From NCBI GenBank assembly GCA_947475815.1, contig CANJOT010000001.1:1-55074 (forward strand): DNA of 55,074 bases, written 5' to 3'. Position 1 is the stretch's first letter; every line of letters begins with the position of its first letter. Made by a program: the position numbers and the translations under genes. The notes under the pieces were generated by a model. It was not told the origin of the DNA, did no database searches, and worked only from the letters and a program-made list of their open reading frames with translations. Positions 20,079 through 31,443 of the stretch are shown here, in pieces. The stretch comes from Burkholderiales bacterium (lineage in GTDB: Bacteria; Pseudomonadota; Gammaproteobacteria; Burkholderiales; Burkholderiaceae_D).

Positions 20079-20735
20079 TCAGGCCAGCAGGCGCAGCAGC
20101 GCCGCACTGGCGGTATCGCCGATGCAGGCCAGAAAATCGGTGGCCATCTGGTCGTGAAAACGTTTGGCGTCGGGCGACGCCAGCACCAGCATACCGAAGG
20201 CATCGGTGGCGCCCGGCCGGCGCAGCGCCACGATGGCCATCGAGCCAACGGTGGCGTCGATCAGGGCCGCCGCGCCACTGTTGGCTTCGAGCGGCTTGCC
20301 GCAATAGGGCGCTGGCATCTGGTTGGTGTAATTGACCAGTCCCAACGGCACCGGCTGGCTGCAGTCGAGTTCGGCATAAGGCGCGGCAGACTCCCAGAGG
20401 CGCAGTGCGACGTGCGGTACGCCAAAGGTCTCGGCCAGTGCCGCGGTCAGCGTGTCGGGCAGGTTGGCCGGCGTGTTTTCGAGCAGCAGCAAACGCGTCC
20501 AGCGCGCCAGCTTTTCGGCCAGCGCGTCGTTTTCCTGACCAAAGCGGATCAGCTCGGCCAGGCGCAATTCGAGCGCCTTGTGACGATCACGCAAGGTCAT
20601 CATCTGCCGTTCGGTCAGGGAGATGGCGCGCCCGCCGTGCGGATGCGGGATGGTGACCGAGGCAAACAGTTCGGCATACTGTTCGAAAAATTCCGGGTGC
20701 CGCTGCAGGTAGTCTGCGACTTCGTGTGCGTTCAT
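20079..20735 (-). CDS. DUF484 family protein (YigA-like)
   Basis: VADYLQRHPEFFEQYAELF N-terminus and the position between dapF and xerC are typical of DUF484. Confidence 0.8.
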   Translation of the reverse strand: MNAHEVADYLQRHPEFFEQYAELFASVTIPHPHGGRAISLTERQMMTLRDRHKALELRLAELIRFGQENDALAEKLARWTRLLLLENTPANLPDTLTAALAETFGVPHVALRLWESAAPYAELDCSQPVPLGLVNYTNQMPAPYCGKPLEANSGAAALIDATVGSMAIVALRRPGATDAFGMLVLASPDAKRFHDQMATDFLACIGDTASAALLRLLA

Positions 20736-20797
20736 GGTGTCCGTGTGCGGGGTCGTATGAAAATGAAAAGCGTTCTGTGTGTCAAACCGGGACGAGC

Positions 20798-21649
20798 CTA
20801 AAGCTCGATCTCGCCTTCAAAAACCGTGACGGCCGGGCCGCTCATCGACACCGCCTGGCCTTCGCCGTCCCAGCGGATGCGCAAATCACCGCCGTGCGCG
20901 TGTACCAGCACCGGGCTGTCGAGCCGGCCACGCCGGATGCCGGCCACGACGGCCGCGCAGGCGCCCGTGCCGCAGGCCAGGGTTTCGCCGGCGCCGCGTT
21001 CCCAGACGCGCAGGCGCACTTCGTGACGATCGATGATTTCCATGAAACCCGCGTTGACGCGATTTGGAAAACGCACATGGTGTTCGATCAGCGGGCCATC
21101 CATGGTGACCGGTGCGCTGTCGACCGCCGCAACGATTTGCACGGCGTGCGGGTTGCCCATCGACACGGCCGACACCTCGATGCGGTGATCGCCAATCTCC
21201 AGCGGCCAGAGCGTGTCGCGACCTTCGCGCCTGCCGCTCAGGCCCTCGGCATGGAAGGGCACCAGCGCGGCCTCGAGCACCGGTGCACCCATGTTGACGG
21301 TGATGCTGCCATCGTCTTCGAGCCGCGGCTCGATCACGCCGCTTTGGGTTTCGACGCGCAGGGCGCGTTTGTCCGATAGGCCTTTTTCGTGCACGAAACG
21401 CACAAAGGCGCGCGCGCCGTTGCCGCACTGTTCGACCTCGCCGCCGTCAGCATTGAGGATGCGGTAGGAAAAATCGATGCCCGCATGCGCCGGCTTGCCG
21501 ACGATCAGAATCTGGTCGGCACCCACACCAAAACGCCGGTCGGCCAGCGCGCGCCATTGCGCGGTAGACAAATTGAGCGGCGTACGCGTGGCGTCGAGCA
21601 CGACAAAGTCGTTGCCGGCGCCATGCATTTTGGTGAATTTCAGCTTCAA
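20798..21649 (-). CDS. dapF: Diaminopimelate epimerase
   Basis: [28 protein letters not shown] and ACGTGACA catalytic Cys motifs. TTG at 21649 gives the canonical N-terminus. ATG at 21685 is the alternative. Confidence 0.9.
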   Translation of the reverse strand: MKLKFTKMHGAGNDFVVLDATRTPLNLSTAQWRALADRRFGVGADQILIVGKPAHAGIDFSYRILNADGGEVEQCGNGARAFVRFVHEKGLSDKRALRVETQSGVIEPRLEDDGSITVNMGAPVLEAALVPFHAEGLSGRREGRDTLWPLEIGDHRIEVSAVSMGNPHAVQIVAAVDSAPVTMDGPLIEHHVRFPNRVNAGFMEIIDRHEVRLRVWERGAGETLACGTGACAAVVAGIRRGRLDSPVLVHAHGGDLRIRWDGEGQAVSMSGPAVTVFEGEIEL

Positions 21650-21761
21650 TCGAAATCCGTCACGGGCAAGGGAAAGCCGGGTCACCCCGGGCTGATTTGC
21701 TAGTCTAACCCAGTCTCAGAAAGCGGCCCCAATGACACTGGAGCCCGACCGGTTTGCCAGC

Positions 21762-22379
21762 CTAGCTGCCATCGACAGGCGGACGGGTTTTTTCAAACGA
21801 TGGTCGTGCATCGAGTTGTGCAAACCACGCCGCCAATTTCGGCCGGCTCTTGCGCCAGTCGAATTCGGCAAAACGGAAATCGGCATAACCGATGCCCATG
21901 CCCAGGCCGATGTGGCCGATGTCAAAACGGCGCGCCGCCAGCACCGGCGCAGCCGCTTCGAGATGATCGAAGATGCCGGTGACTTTGGCGGCAAAGGCCT
22001 CCAGATGCGGTTTCGAGCGGATCGCTTCGGTACGGCCGAGCTCGTGACGCCACAGTTGCAGCAAGTCGGTCAGGCCCTGACCGAGGGCGTGCCAGCGCAG
22101 CGCCTCGATGCGCGTGTCAAAGTCGGTTGGAAACACCTTGGTGGCGCCACGGTGATCGAGGTATTCGCAGATGACGATCGAGTCGTACAACACCCCGCCG
22201 TCATCGGTTTCCAGGGTCGGGATCTTGCTCAGCGGGTTGATGCGGATCAGATCGGTGTTCGGGCCGGTCACCGACACCGGCGTGCGCACCATCTCGATCT
22301 GCGCTGCCGTGCCGGTTTCGTGGGCGGTGATCATGACCTTGCGCACATACGGTGAGCGCGGTGAAGAGTGCAGTTTCAT
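21762..22379 (-). CDS. Glutathione S-transferase family protein
   Basis: MKLHSSPRSPYVRKV N-terminal thioredoxin-like GST pattern. 205 aa. Confidence 0.8.
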   Translation of the reverse strand: MKLHSSPRSPYVRKVMITAHETGTAAQIEMVRTPVSVTGPNTDLIRINPLSKIPTLETDDGGVLYDSIVICEYLDHRGATKVFPTDFDTRIEALRWHALGQGLTDLLQLWRHELGRTEAIRSKPHLEAFAAKVTGIFDHLEAAAPVLAARRFDIGHIGLGMGIGYADFRFAEFDWRKSRPKLAAWFAQLDARPSFEKTRPPVDGS

Positions 22380-22400
22380 GGGTGTCCCCCTGTGATTGTT

Positions 22401-23606
22401 TTAGTTGAAGGCGGCGATGCCGGTCTGTGCGCGTCCGAGGATCAGGGCATGAATGTCGTGCGTGCCCTCATAGGTGTTGACCACCTCGAGATTGACCAGA
22501 TGACGCGCCACGCCGTATTCGTCGGAAATGCCATTGCCGCCCATCATGTCGCGCGCCAGCCGGGCGACATCGAGGGCCTTGCCGCAGGAGTTGCGTTTCA
22601 TCATCGAGGTGATGTCGATGGCGGCTGTGCCGTCGTCCTTCATGCGGCCCAGACGCAGGCAGCCCTGCAGGCCGAGCGTGATTTCGGTCTGCATGTCGAC
22701 CAGCTTTTTCTGGATCAGCTGATTGGCTGCCAGCGGCCGGCCAAACTGGATGCGGTCGAGCACATACTGGCGTGCGCGGAACCAGCAATCCTCAGCGGCG
22801 CCGAGCGCGCCCCAGGCAATGCCGTAGCGGGCCGAATTCAGACAGGTGAACGGGCCCTTGAGGCCGCGCACTTCGGGGAAGGCATTTTCTTCCGGGCAGA
22901 AGACCTTGTCCATGACGATTTCGCCGGTGATCGAGGCGCGCAGCCCAACCTTGCCGTGGATGGTTGGCGTGGTCAGACCCCGAGCGCCCTTATCGAGCAC
23001 AAAGCCGCGGATCGCGCCTTCATCGTCCTTGGCCCAGACCACCATCACATCGGCGATCGGTGCGTTGGTGATCCACATTTTTGCGCCGGTCAGCGCATAG
23101 CCGCCGGGCACTTTGCGTGCGCGCGTGATCATGTTGGCCGGATCGGAACCGAAGTTGGGCTCGGTCAGGCCAAAACAGCCGATCTTCGCGCCGCTGGCCA
23201 GTTCGGGCAGGTATTTCTGCTTTGTGGCTTCGTTGCCAAATTCGTAGATTGGCAACATGACCAGTGAGGACTGTACGCTCATCATTGAGCGATAACCCGA
23301 GTCAATGCGCTCGACTTCACGTGCGATCAGGCCGTAGGCCACATAGTTGAGCTCGGGGCCGCCGTATTGTGCGGGAATGTTCGGTCCAAGCAGGCCGATG
23401 GCGCCCATTTCACGAAAAATCTCGATGTCGGTGCGTTCGTGGCGGAACGACTGCGTGATGCGCGGCGCCAGTTGTTCCTGGCAATAATCGCGCGCCGCTT
23501 CACGGATCAGGCGTTCATCTTCGGTCAGCTGGTCTTCGAGGAGCAGCGGGTCATCCCACTTGAACTGGGCTTGCGGTTTTTTTCCTGGACCTGAGGACGG
23601 TTTCAT
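22401..23606 (-). CDS. gcdH: Glutaryl-CoA dehydrogenase
   Basis: [36 protein letters not shown]...[21 protein letters not shown] matches the GcdH N-terminal signature. Acyl-CoA dehydrogenase length. Confidence 0.85.
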   Translation of the reverse strand: MKPSSGPGKKPQAQFKWDDPLLLEDQLTEDERLIREAARDYCQEQLAPRITQSFRHERTDIEIFREMGAIGLLGPNIPAQYGGPELNYVAYGLIAREVERIDSGYRSMMSVQSSLVMLPIYEFGNEATKQKYLPELASGAKIGCFGLTEPNFGSDPANMITRARKVPGGYALTGAKMWITNAPIADVMVVWAKDDEGAIRGFVLDKGARGLTTPTIHGKVGLRASITGEIVMDKVFCPEENAFPEVRGLKGPFTCLNSARYGIAWGALGAAEDCWFRARQYVLDRIQFGRPLAANQLIQKKLVDMQTEITLGLQGCLRLGRMKDDGTAAIDITSMMKRNSCGKALDVARLARDMMGGNGISDEYGVARHLVNLEVVNTYEGTHDIHALILGRAQTGIAAFN

Positions 23607-23779
23607 CTTTGTGTCTCTTGTTGAGCGAGGGGTGGGAGCGGTGTTGCCAAGATTGTAACCGCTGCCGCCAGTCCAACTGGTGATCGATGCCCGCTGCGGC
23701 TGACTGGAATTATCGGGGGGATGCCCCTACACTGTCGCCTCACCTCGCCTCCGCAGCGCACAACACCAGGGAAGTGCAA

Positions 23780-24586
23780 ATGATCAAGGATTTGTCGACG
23801 CTGGGCTACCAGCAGGAAGCCGGCGTGGCCACGGTTACGCTGAACCGGCCGGAACGGCTCAACAGTTTTACCGAAGAGATGCACGACGAATTCCGGCGCG
23901 TGCTGGCCCATCTGGTCCCGGCCTGCGAGGCGCGCGAGGTGCGCGTCATGGTGCTGACCGGCGCGGGCCGCGGGTTTTGTGCCGGTCAGGATCTCGGTGC
24001 ACGCAAGCGCGTGCCAGGCGAGCCGCTGCGTGATCTGGGCGCATCGATCGAAAAGAATTTTGGGCCGCTGGCAAGCGCCCTGCGCGCCCTGCCGGTGCCG
24101 GTGATTGCCGCCGTCAACGGCGTTGCGGCCGGCGCCGGTGCCAACCTCGCGCTGGTGTGCGATCTGGTGTATGCGGCCCGCTCGGCGTCGTTCGTCCAGT
24201 CTTTTTCGAAGGTCGGTTTGTTGCCCGACACAGGCGGCAGCTGGATTCTGCCGCGTATGATCGGTCCGGCGCGTGCCATGGGCCTGTCCTTGTTTGCCGA
24301 CAAACTGCCGGCCGAAAAAGCGGAGCAATGGGGCATGATCTGGAAGTGCCTTGACGATGCCGAACTGATGCCCGAGGTGCGGCGGGTCGCTGCGCAACTG
24401 GCCAGCGGGCCGACACTGGCCTATGCCAACACCAAACGCGCCCTGTGGGCCAGCAGCACCAATGATCTGGCCAGCCAGCTTGATCTGGAGCGCGACCTGA
24501 TCCGGGAGTGCGGTTATTCCGACGATTATGCCGAGGGGGTCAATGCCTTTGCGGAGAAGCGTGAACCCCGTTTTACGGGACGCTGA
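23780..24586 (+). CDS. PaaG-like enoyl-CoA hydratase/isomerase
   Basis: Collinear with E. coli PaaG as I recall it: TLNRPERLNSF, LTGAGRGFCAGQDL, AAVNGVAAGAGANLAL, QLDLERD, EKREPRFTGR. RBS precedes the ATG at 23780. Confidence 0.8.
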   Translation: MIKDLSTLGYQQEAGVATVTLNRPERLNSFTEEMHDEFRRVLAHLVPACEAREVRVMVLTGAGRGFCAGQDLGARKRVPGEPLRDLGASIEKNFGPLASALRALPVPVIAAVNGVAAGAGANLALVCDLVYAARSASFVQSFSKVGLLPDTGGSWILPRMIGPARAMGLSLFADKLPAEKAEQWGMIWKCLDDAELMPEVRRVAAQLASGPTLAYANTKRALWASSTNDLASQLDLERDLIRECGYSDDYAEGVNAFAEKREPRFTGR

Positions 24587-24670
24587 CCGGCAGCCAGACC
24601 GCATTTGCCGTGCTGCGCGTTTTGCGCGCCGGGCCACCATTATTTCAGCCGACACAGACAGGAGCAGACC

Positions 24671-25456
24671 ATGATGTACACAGCAATCGAGATTGAACGC
24701 AACCAAGGGGTGGCCACCGTATGGATGAACCGGCCGCAGATGCACAATGCCTTTGATCCGGTATTGATTGCTGAACTGCACAATGCCTTTCTCGCGCTGG
24801 GCGATGACCCGGCCGTGCGTGTGGTGGTGCTGGCCGGCCGAGGCAAGAGTTTTTCCGCTGGCGCCGATCTGGGCTGGATGAAACGCGCCGCGACGTTTAG
24901 CGAGGCCGAAAACCTGCGTGATGCTCAGGAGCTGGCCGAAATGCTGCACGTGCTGGCCGAATGTCCCAAACCGACCATCGCGCGCGTGCATGGAGCGGCG
25001 CTGGGCGGCGGTGTTGGTCTGACCACGGCCTGTGACATCGCACTGGCGTCGACGGATGCGGTGTTCGCCATGTCCGAAGTGCGTTTTGGCATCACGCCGG
25101 CCACCGTCAGCCCGTATGTGGTCCGTGCCATGGGTGCGCGCCAGGCGACGCGCTATTTCCAGACCGCCGAGCGCATTCGCGCCGAGCGCGCGCTGGCCAT
25201 CGGCCTGGTGCATGAGGTGGTGGCGCCGGATGAACTCGATGCCTGCGTGGCGGCCATGGTGACGGTGCTCGGCCAGGGCGGCCCGCGTGCTCAGGCCGAG
25301 GCCAAGGAACTGGTGCGCCTGGTTGAACAGCAGGAGATCAGCGCAGGCATCATCGCCGAAACGGCGCGCCGCATCGCCTCGCTGCGCGTGACCGATGAAG
25401 CCACCGAGGGTCTGGCGGCCTTTCTCGAAAAGCGGCCGGCGTCCTGGTGTAAATAG
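24671..25456 (+). CDS. Enoyl-CoA hydratase, methylglutaconyl-CoA hydratase (LiuC/AtuE)-like
   Basis: GKSFSAGADLGWMK, KPTIARVHGAALGGGVGL and SEVRFGITPATVSPYV patterns. CAGGAG RBS. Confidence 0.7.
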   Translation: MMYTAIEIERNQGVATVWMNRPQMHNAFDPVLIAELHNAFLALGDDPAVRVVVLAGRGKSFSAGADLGWMKRAATFSEAENLRDAQELAEMLHVLAECPKPTIARVHGAALGGGVGLTTACDIALASTDAVFAMSEVRFGITPATVSPYVVRAMGARQATRYFQTAERIRAERALAIGLVHEVVAPDELDACVAAMVTVLGQGGPRAQAEAKELVRLVEQQEISAGIIAETARRIASLRVTDEATEGLAAFLEKRPASWCK

Positions 25457-25556
25457 ATCGATGCAAACCAGCGGGCCAGGCGCTATGCCGGGCCCGCCCT
25501 CTCAGGCAGGACGTGGCGCAGACCACAGGCCGAACGTGACATGAAGGACCGAGACC

Positions 25557-26561
25557 ATGACTTCAGAGCAGCCACAAAACCAGCCCGCACCTCAGACCAT
25601 ACGCATTGCGGTTCTTGATGATTATCAGGGCGTGCTGCGTGCCATGGCCGATTGGGAGAATCTTGGCAAACAGGCCGAGGTGCATTTTTTTCGCCGCCAT
25701 CTGGGCAGCGGTGCCGGCCTGATCGAAGCCTTGTCGGGTTTTGATGTCATCGTTGCCACACGCGAGCGCACCCCCTTGCCGGCGACCGTGGTCGATGCCT
25801 TGCCCGGCCTGCGCCTGATTGTCAGCACTGGCGGGCAGAATCGTTCCATTGATCTGGCAGCCTGCAAGCGGCGCGGCATCCCCGTCGCGCGCGCCATGGG
25901 CGCGCCGATCGCCCGCGGCGCGACGTCCGAACTCGCCTGGGCGCTGATCCTCGCCATCTTCAAGCGTCTGCCGCAACAGCAGGCTGCCCTGCGTGCCGGC
26001 AACTGGCAAACCGACCTGACTGAAACGCTGGCGGGCAAGGTGCTTGGTGTGGTCGGGCTGGGTAGCCTGGGTCAGTCGCTGGCGCGCGTTGGTCTGGCCT
26101 TTGGCATGGATGTGGTGGCCTGGAGTCCCAACCTGACCGATGAACGGGCGGCGGCGGCGGGTGTCCAGCGGGTCGACAAAGCCACCCTGTTTCGCTGTTC
26201 CGACGTGGTCAGCCTGCACATGGCATTGGTGCCGGCCACGGCCGGCATGGTCGGGCGTGATGAGTTGCAGTCCATGAAACGTAGCGCCTGCCTGATCAAT
26301 ACCTCGCGCGATGGCCTGATCGCCGACGGCGCCCTGATCGAGGCGCTTGACCAGGGCTGGATCGCAGCGGCCGGGCTGGACGTGTTTCCGGTCGAGCCCA
26401 TGCCCGCCGATCACCCCTTGTGCCGTTATGCCAACGTCGTCATGACGCCGCATCTGGGGTATGTCAACGTCGAAAACTTCCGTGTGGTGTATCCCAATGT
26501 CGTGCGGCAGATCCGTGCGTGGATGGCGGGTGAGCCGATCGAGGCGCTGTCAGCGAGCTGA
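25557..26561 (+). CDS. D-isomer-specific 2-hydroxyacid dehydrogenase family protein
   Basis: GVVGLGSLGQSLA NAD motif, INTSRDGLI, and TPHLGY catalytic His region. Confidence 0.8.
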   Translation: MTSEQPQNQPAPQTIRIAVLDDYQGVLRAMADWENLGKQAEVHFFRRHLGSGAGLIEALSGFDVIVATRERTPLPATVVDALPGLRLIVSTGGQNRSIDLAACKRRGIPVARAMGAPIARGATSELAWALILAIFKRLPQQQAALRAGNWQTDLTETLAGKVLGVVGLGSLGQSLARVGLAFGMDVVAWSPNLTDERAAAAGVQRVDKATLFRCSDVVSLHMALVPATAGMVGRDELQSMKRSACLINTSRDGLIADGALIEALDQGWIAAAGLDVFPVEPMPADHPLCRYANVVMTPHLGYVNVENFRVVYPNVVRQIRAWMAGEPIEALSAS

Positions 26562-26658
26562 ACGATGCGCCGGCCTTGCCGGCCAGCGGGTGCCAGCGGT
26601 TTCCATGCCAGGCAGCGCGGCGGCGCTAGAATGGGGTCTTTGACGTCGGCGGGGTCCC

Positions 26659-26892
26659 ATGAGTAACGAACAACAAACTCTGGAATGGATTCCGCGGTCG
26701 GTGCGCACGCGGCTTGACGCCTGCGCGCTGCGCATTTCGCTCAAGCAGTGGCAGGCACTGCCGCTGCCGGCGCGCGCCCTGCTGGCACAGACCGCCGCCG
26801 GTGAGGTGAGCGATGTGCTGTTTCGCGGCGCGCTCGACGCCGCCCTGACCGCCGCCGACGTCGGTCCGGCGCGCCTCAGCGATCCGGCCTGA
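26659..26892 (+). CDS. Small hypothetical protein, possibly nitrate-reductase-associated-protein family (TIGR02664-like), short form
   Basis: 77 aa. WIPRSVRTRLDACALRISLKQWQALP resembles the IP..VR.KLD..G.KLSL.QW pattern I associate with that family. An in-frame TGA lies 18 nt upstream of the ATG. Confidence 0.4.
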   Translation: MSNEQQTLEWIPRSVRTRLDACALRISLKQWQALPLPARALLAQTAAGEVSDVLFRGALDAALTAADVGPARLSDPA

Positions 26893-26904
26893 GCACCTGT
26901 CGGT

Positions 26905-27939
26905 TCAGGCCGGTTTGCCGAGGCGGCGCATTTCTCCGGGCGTCGTGCCGGTCCAGCGGTTAAATACCCGAAAGAAGCTTTTCTCGCTGCCGAATCCGAG
27001 TGAGCGGGCAATCTGCTTGATTGGTTTGTCGCTGCGGTGCAGGAGGTCGAGCGCGAGGTCGCGGCGCACTTCGTCCTTGAGGGCCTGAAACGATGCGCCC
27101 TGATCCTCGAACTGGCGATGCAGGGTGCGCGTGGATATATTCAGGTGGCGCGCCACGGTCTGGACGTTGTGAAAGCGCGCCAGATCATCGCGCAGCAGGT
27201 TGCGTACCCGGTTGATGGTCATGCGGTCGCGCCGGTAAGGACGCAGGCTCAGTGGCAGCGGGCGGCGCAGCAGCTGGCGCAGCGCATGGTCATCGCGCAC
27301 CTGTGGCAGGGCGAGGTAGCTGGCGTCAAAACTGAAACACGCCTGCGGTGCGTCGAATTCCACCGGTCGGGAAAACACTACGTCATACACATCGGCATCG
27401 GCGGGCCGCGCATGCGGCAGGCAGACGTGGTTCAGGTGGATCTGCGAATCCAGCGACCAGCAGGCGTAACCATGGATATAGCGCAAGGTCGAGAGCAGGC
27501 AAAAGGAACGCATGGCGCCGAGCGGCTGGTGTTCGATGATGCTGAGGGTGGCCGTGTCGCCGCTGACCTTGAGGTTCAGTTCGATGTCATTGGTCAGCAG
27601 CCAGTGGTGGCGCAGCCAGCGCCGCAGAGCGATGGCCAGAGTGGGCGACGGCAGCGAGGCGCGAAACAGCAGGCCATAGGTGCCCCAGCGCAGGCGCTGC
27701 GAGAACCAGCCGAGGGCTTCGTCATCGAGCTCACGCATGGCGATTTCTGAAACCAGCTCCATCTGCCTGCCGGTGATGCGCGCGCCGGCTGTGCGCAGAG
27801 CGGTGGCACTGATGCCAACCCGCGTGAGCATGTTCGCCGGATTCACGCCGTACTTCTCATAGCCAAGCAAAATCGCCTGCACGAAGGCCATGGGGGTGAG
27901 TGCGGCGCCGCGTTGCTGGGGCAGGGGAAGGGCGGGCAT
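26905..27939 (-). CDS. AraC-family transcriptional regulator (N-terminal effector domain + C-terminal double HTH)
   Basis: C-terminal IKQIARSLGFGSEKSFFRVFNRWTGTTPGEMR AraC signature. Divergent from liuA. Start is probably the ATG at 27939. Confidence 0.8.
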   Translation of the reverse strand: MPALPLPQQRGAALTPMAFVQAILLGYEKYGVNPANMLTRVGISATALRTAGARITGRQMELVSEIAMRELDDEALGWFSQRLRWGTYGLLFRASLPSPTLAIALRRWLRHHWLLTNDIELNLKVSGDTATLSIIEHQPLGAMRSFCLLSTLRYIHGYACWSLDSQIHLNHVCLPHARPADADVYDVVFSRPVEFDAPQACFSFDASYLALPQVRDDHALRQLLRRPLPLSLRPYRRDRMTINRVRNLLRDDLARFHNVQTVARHLNISTRTLHRQFEDQGASFQALKDEVRRDLALDLLHRSDKPIKQIARSLGFGSEKSFFRVFNRWTGTTPGEMRRLGKPA

Positions 27940-28120
27940 GCGCGCGTCTGGCGATTGGAATGAAGGTTGAGGGGGCACGGGAAATTGGGCGAAGGATGGC
28001 GTGAAATGCAACCATCGTGGCGACAATTGTGCCGCGAAACTCGCTAAGCTGCAAAACTTCGGTCAGACTTGGCTGATCCTGCTTGGATTGCGCACGGACT
28101 CTTACGGCAACGGAGGTGAC

Positions 28121-29296
28121 ATGGCCCACTTTGACTGCATCAATCTCCACCTCGGGGAAACCATCGACATGCTGCGCGCTGCGGTGCGCAGTTTCGCCGA
28201 CGCCGAGATCGCACCGCGCGCCGCACAGATCGACCGTGACAATGATTTCCCGGCCGACCTGTGGCGCAAATTGGGCGACATGGGCCTGCTCGGGCTGACT
28301 GCCAGCGAAGAGTATGGCGGTGCCGGCCTGGGCTATCTGGCCCACGTGGTGGCCATGGAAGAAATCTCGCGCGCCTCGGCCTCGGTGGGCCTGTCCTACG
28401 GGGCGCACTCCAATCTGTGTGTCAATCAGATCGCGCGCAATGGCACGGCCGCGCAGCGCCGCAAGTTCCTGCCCCAACTGATCAGCGGCGAACACATCGG
28501 CGCGCTGGCCATGTCCGAGCCCAATGCCGGCTCCGACGTGGTGTCCATGAAACTCGCCGCCGACAAGCGTGGCGATCGTTACGTGCTCAATGGCTCGAAA
28601 ATGTGGATCACCAATGGTGGCGATGCCGACACTCTGGTGGTGTATGCGCGCACCGATGCCAGCGCCGGTGCGCGCGGCATCACCGCTTTTCTGATTGAAA
28701 AGGGCATGACCGGTTTTAGCCGTGGCAACAAGCTCGACAAGCTCGGCATGCGCGGCTCGAACACCTGGCCGCTGTTTTTTGACAACTGCGAGGTGCCGGT
28801 CGAGAACGTGCTCGGTGAAGTGGGCGGCGGCGTCAAGGTTCTGATGTCCGGCCTTGATTACGAACGCACCGTGCTCTCCGGCGGACCATTGGGTATCATG
28901 GGTGCCTGCATGGACAGCGTCGTGCCCTACGTGCATGAGCGCAAGCAGTTTGGTCAGGCCATCGGCGAATTCCAGCTGGTGCAGGGCAAACTGGCCGACA
29001 TGTATACCAACTGGTCAGCCTGCGTGACGTATGTGTATGCGGTGGCGGCCAATTGCGACCGCGGTGACCATGCGCGCACCCTGCGCAAGGATGCCGCCGG
29101 CGTGATTTTGTACGCCGCCGAGCGCGCGACCTGGCTGGCTGGCGAAGCGGTCCAGTTGCTCGGTGGCAATGGCTACATCAATGATTATCCGGTGGCGCGC
29201 CTGTGGCGCGACGCCAAACTTTATGAAATCGGCGCCGGTACGTCGGAGATCCGACGCATGCTGATCGGCCGTGAACTGTTTTCGGAGACCCGCTGA
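28121..29296 (+). CDS. liuA: Isovaleryl-CoA dehydrogenase
   Basis: [55 protein letters not shown] signature. GGAGGTG RBS before the ATG at 28121. Confidence 0.9.
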   Translation: MAHFDCINLHLGETIDMLRAAVRSFADAEIAPRAAQIDRDNDFPADLWRKLGDMGLLGLTASEEYGGAGLGYLAHVVAMEEISRASASVGLSYGAHSNLCVNQIARNGTAAQRRKFLPQLISGEHIGALAMSEPNAGSDVVSMKLAADKRGDRYVLNGSKMWITNGGDADTLVVYARTDASAGARGITAFLIEKGMTGFSRGNKLDKLGMRGSNTWPLFFDNCEVPVENVLGEVGGGVKVLMSGLDYERTVLSGGPLGIMGACMDSVVPYVHERKQFGQAIGEFQLVQGKLADMYTNWSACVTYVYAVAANCDRGDHARTLRKDAAGVILYAAERATWLAGEAVQLLGGNGYINDYPVARLWRDAKLYEIGAGTSEIRRMLIGRELFSETR

Positions 29297-29722
29297 GTGA
29301 CTGCACACAAACCGCCCTATGACCCCACCAGCGACGGCTGGAAAACCGTTGGCCGCATGGGCTTCGTCGAACACGTCGGCCCGCTGTGGACGCGGCGCAA
29401 CGGGGACGACTGGCAGTACGGCATTTTGATCGCGCCCCAGCACCTGAACCCGATGGGTGTGGTGCATGGCGGCCTGCTCATGACCCTGATCGACAACGCC
29501 ATCAGCACGGTTGCCTGGGAAGCGGTCGGCCGCCTGCCCTGTCTGACCGCGCAGATGGACCATCATTTCATGGGTTCGGTGAAGCTCGGGCAATTCGTCA
29601 TTGGCCGTGCGCGCGTTGCCAAAAAAACCTCATCGCTGATTTTCATGCAGGGTTTTTTGAGCGTCGAGGGGGACGACGTCCTGATGTGCAACTCGATGAT
29701 GAAAATCACGCGGCCACGCTGA
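29297..29722 (+). CDS. PaaI-family (hotdog fold) acyl-CoA thioesterase
   Basis: NPMGVVHGGLLMTLIDNAIS motif. The GTG start directly abuts the liuA stop codon. Confidence 0.75.
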   Translation: MTAHKPPYDPTSDGWKTVGRMGFVEHVGPLWTRRNGDDWQYGILIAPQHLNPMGVVHGGLLMTLIDNAISTVAWEAVGRLPCLTAQMDHHFMGSVKLGQFVIGRARVAKKTSSLIFMQGFLSVEGDDVLMCNSMMKITRPR

Positions 29723-29783
29723 GCAGGCGCCGGGGCCGAACAGCGTTCCCGGACCCCCCAGACAGTAGAAAGGAAGCAAGTTC

Positions 29784-31391
29784 ATGCATGCTCTGAAAAC
29801 CGTTTTGCAGACGCGTTCGGACGCGTTTCGCGCCAATGCGCAGCAAATGCAGAAACTCGTCGATGACCTGCGCGACAAGGTCGAGCAGATGGCCGGCGGT
29901 GGCGGCGAGACGGCGCGCGCGCGCCATACCGCGCGTGGCAAGCTGTTGCCGCGTGAGCGCGTCGACATGCTGCTCGATCCGGGCACGCCCTTCCTCGAAT
30001 TCTCGCAGCTGGCGGCCTTCGAGATGTACAACAACGACGCGCCGGCGGCCGGCATCATCACCGGCATCGGCCGCATCAGCGGCATCGAATGCGTGGTGGT
30101 CTGCAACGATGCTACCGTCAAGGGCGGCAGCTACTACCCGGTCACAGTGAAAAAGCACCTGCGCGCCCAGGAGATCGCCGAGCAGAACAACCTGCCCTGC
30201 GTGTACCTGGTCGATTCGGGCGGCGCCAACCTGCCCAATCAGGATGAGGTCTTTCCCGATCGCGATCACTTCGGCCGCATCTTCTTTAACCAGGCCAATA
30301 TGTCGGCCAAGGGCATCCCGCAGATCGCCGTAGTGATGGGCTCGTGCACTGCAGGTGGCGCGTATGTGCCGGCCATGTCCGACGAGTCCATCATCGTGCG
30401 CAATCAGGGCACGATTTTTCTCGCCGGCCCGCCGCTGGTCAAGGCCGCCACCGGCGAAGTGGTCAGTGCCGAAGACCTCGGTGGTGGGGATGTGCACACC
30501 CGCCTCTCCGGTGTGGCTGACCATCTGGCCCACGACGACCTGCACGCGCTGTCGATCGCGCGCCGCATCGTTGGCAATCTCAATCGTGTCAAACAGCCCG
30601 GCGTGGTGCTGCGCCCGGTGGTCGAGCCGCTTTACCCGGCGCAGGAACTGTATGGCGTGATTCCGGCTGACACGCGCAAGCCCTTTGATGTGCGCGAAGT
30701 CATTGCGCGCATTGTCGACGGCTCCGAGTTTGATGAATTCAAATCGCGCTACGGCACCACGCTGGTGTGCGGTTTTGCCCATCTGCATGGCATGCCCGTC
30801 GGTATTGTCGCCAACAACGGCATCCTGTTTTCCGAGTCCGCCATGAAGGGCGCGCACTTCATTGAGCTGTGCGCGCAACGCAAGATCCCGCTGGTGTTTT
30901 TGCAGAACATCACCGGTTTCATGGTCGGCAAAAAATACGAAACCGAAGGCATTGCGCGCAATGGCGCCAAGATGGTGACGGCCGTGGCCACGGCTCAGGT
31001 GCCCAAGTTCACGGTCATCATCGGGGGCTCGTTTGGGGCGGGCAATTACGGCATGTGCGGGCGCGCCTATTCACCGCGCTTTTTGTGGATGTGGCCCAAT
31101 GCGCGCATCAGCGTCATGGGTGGCGAACAGGCAGCCAGCGTGATGGCCACCATCAAGCGTGATGGCATCGAAGCGCGCGGCGGCGTCTGGTCCAAAGAAG
31201 ACGAAGACAGCTTCAAGGCGCCGATCCGCGAGCAGTACGAAATCCAGGGCCATCCGTATTACGCCAGCGCGCGCCTGTGGGACGATGGCGTGATCGATCC
31301 GGCCGATACCCGTACCGTCCTCGGCCTGGCGATTTCGGCCAGTCTCAACGCGCCGATTCCGGAGACGAAGTTCGGCCTGTTCCGCATGTAA
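29784..31391 (+). CDS. liuB: Methylcrotonyl-CoA carboxylase, carboxyltransferase (beta) subunit
   Basis: [32 protein letters not shown] and downstream carboxyltransferase repeats. 535 aa. Confidence 0.9.
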   Translation: MHALKTVLQTRSDAFRANAQQMQKLVDDLRDKVEQMAGGGGETARARHTARGKLLPRERVDMLLDPGTPFLEFSQLAAFEMYNNDAPAAGIITGIGRISGIECVVVCNDATVKGGSYYPVTVKKHLRAQEIAEQNNLPCVYLVDSGGANLPNQDEVFPDRDHFGRIFFNQANMSAKGIPQIAVVMGSCTAGGAYVPAMSDESIIVRNQGTIFLAGPPLVKAATGEVVSAEDLGGGDVHTRLSGVADHLAHDDLHALSIARRIVGNLNRVKQPGVVLRPVVEPLYPAQELYGVIPADTRKPFDVREVIARIVDGSEFDEFKSRYGTTLVCGFAHLHGMPVGIVANNGILFSESAMKGAHFIELCAQRKIPLVFLQNITGFMVGKKYETEGIARNGAKMVTAVATAQVPKFTVIIGGSFGAGNYGMCGRAYSPRFLWMWPNARISVMGGEQAASVMATIKRDGIEARGGVWSKEDEDSFKAPIREQYEIQGHPYYASARLWDDGVIDPADTRTVLGLAISASLNAPIPETKFGLFRM

Positions 31392-31443
31392 GAGTTTCCA
31401 TGTCAGCGGCCTGATCTCTGTGCTCGGGCCGCCAGGAGTCAAC

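Noticed and set aside
23603-25213. 536-aa minus-strand ORF spanning two crotonase genes. Similar cases lie at 29706-30878, 31345-32826, 38106-40082, 17590-18585, 5375-6367, 41004-42500, 42154-43377 and 43692-44975.
   Set aside because: Each lies opposite a gene with clear family signatures. They cross real gene boundaries, lack RBSs and have low-complexity Arg/Gly/Ala composition. They are treated as GC-driven artefacts.
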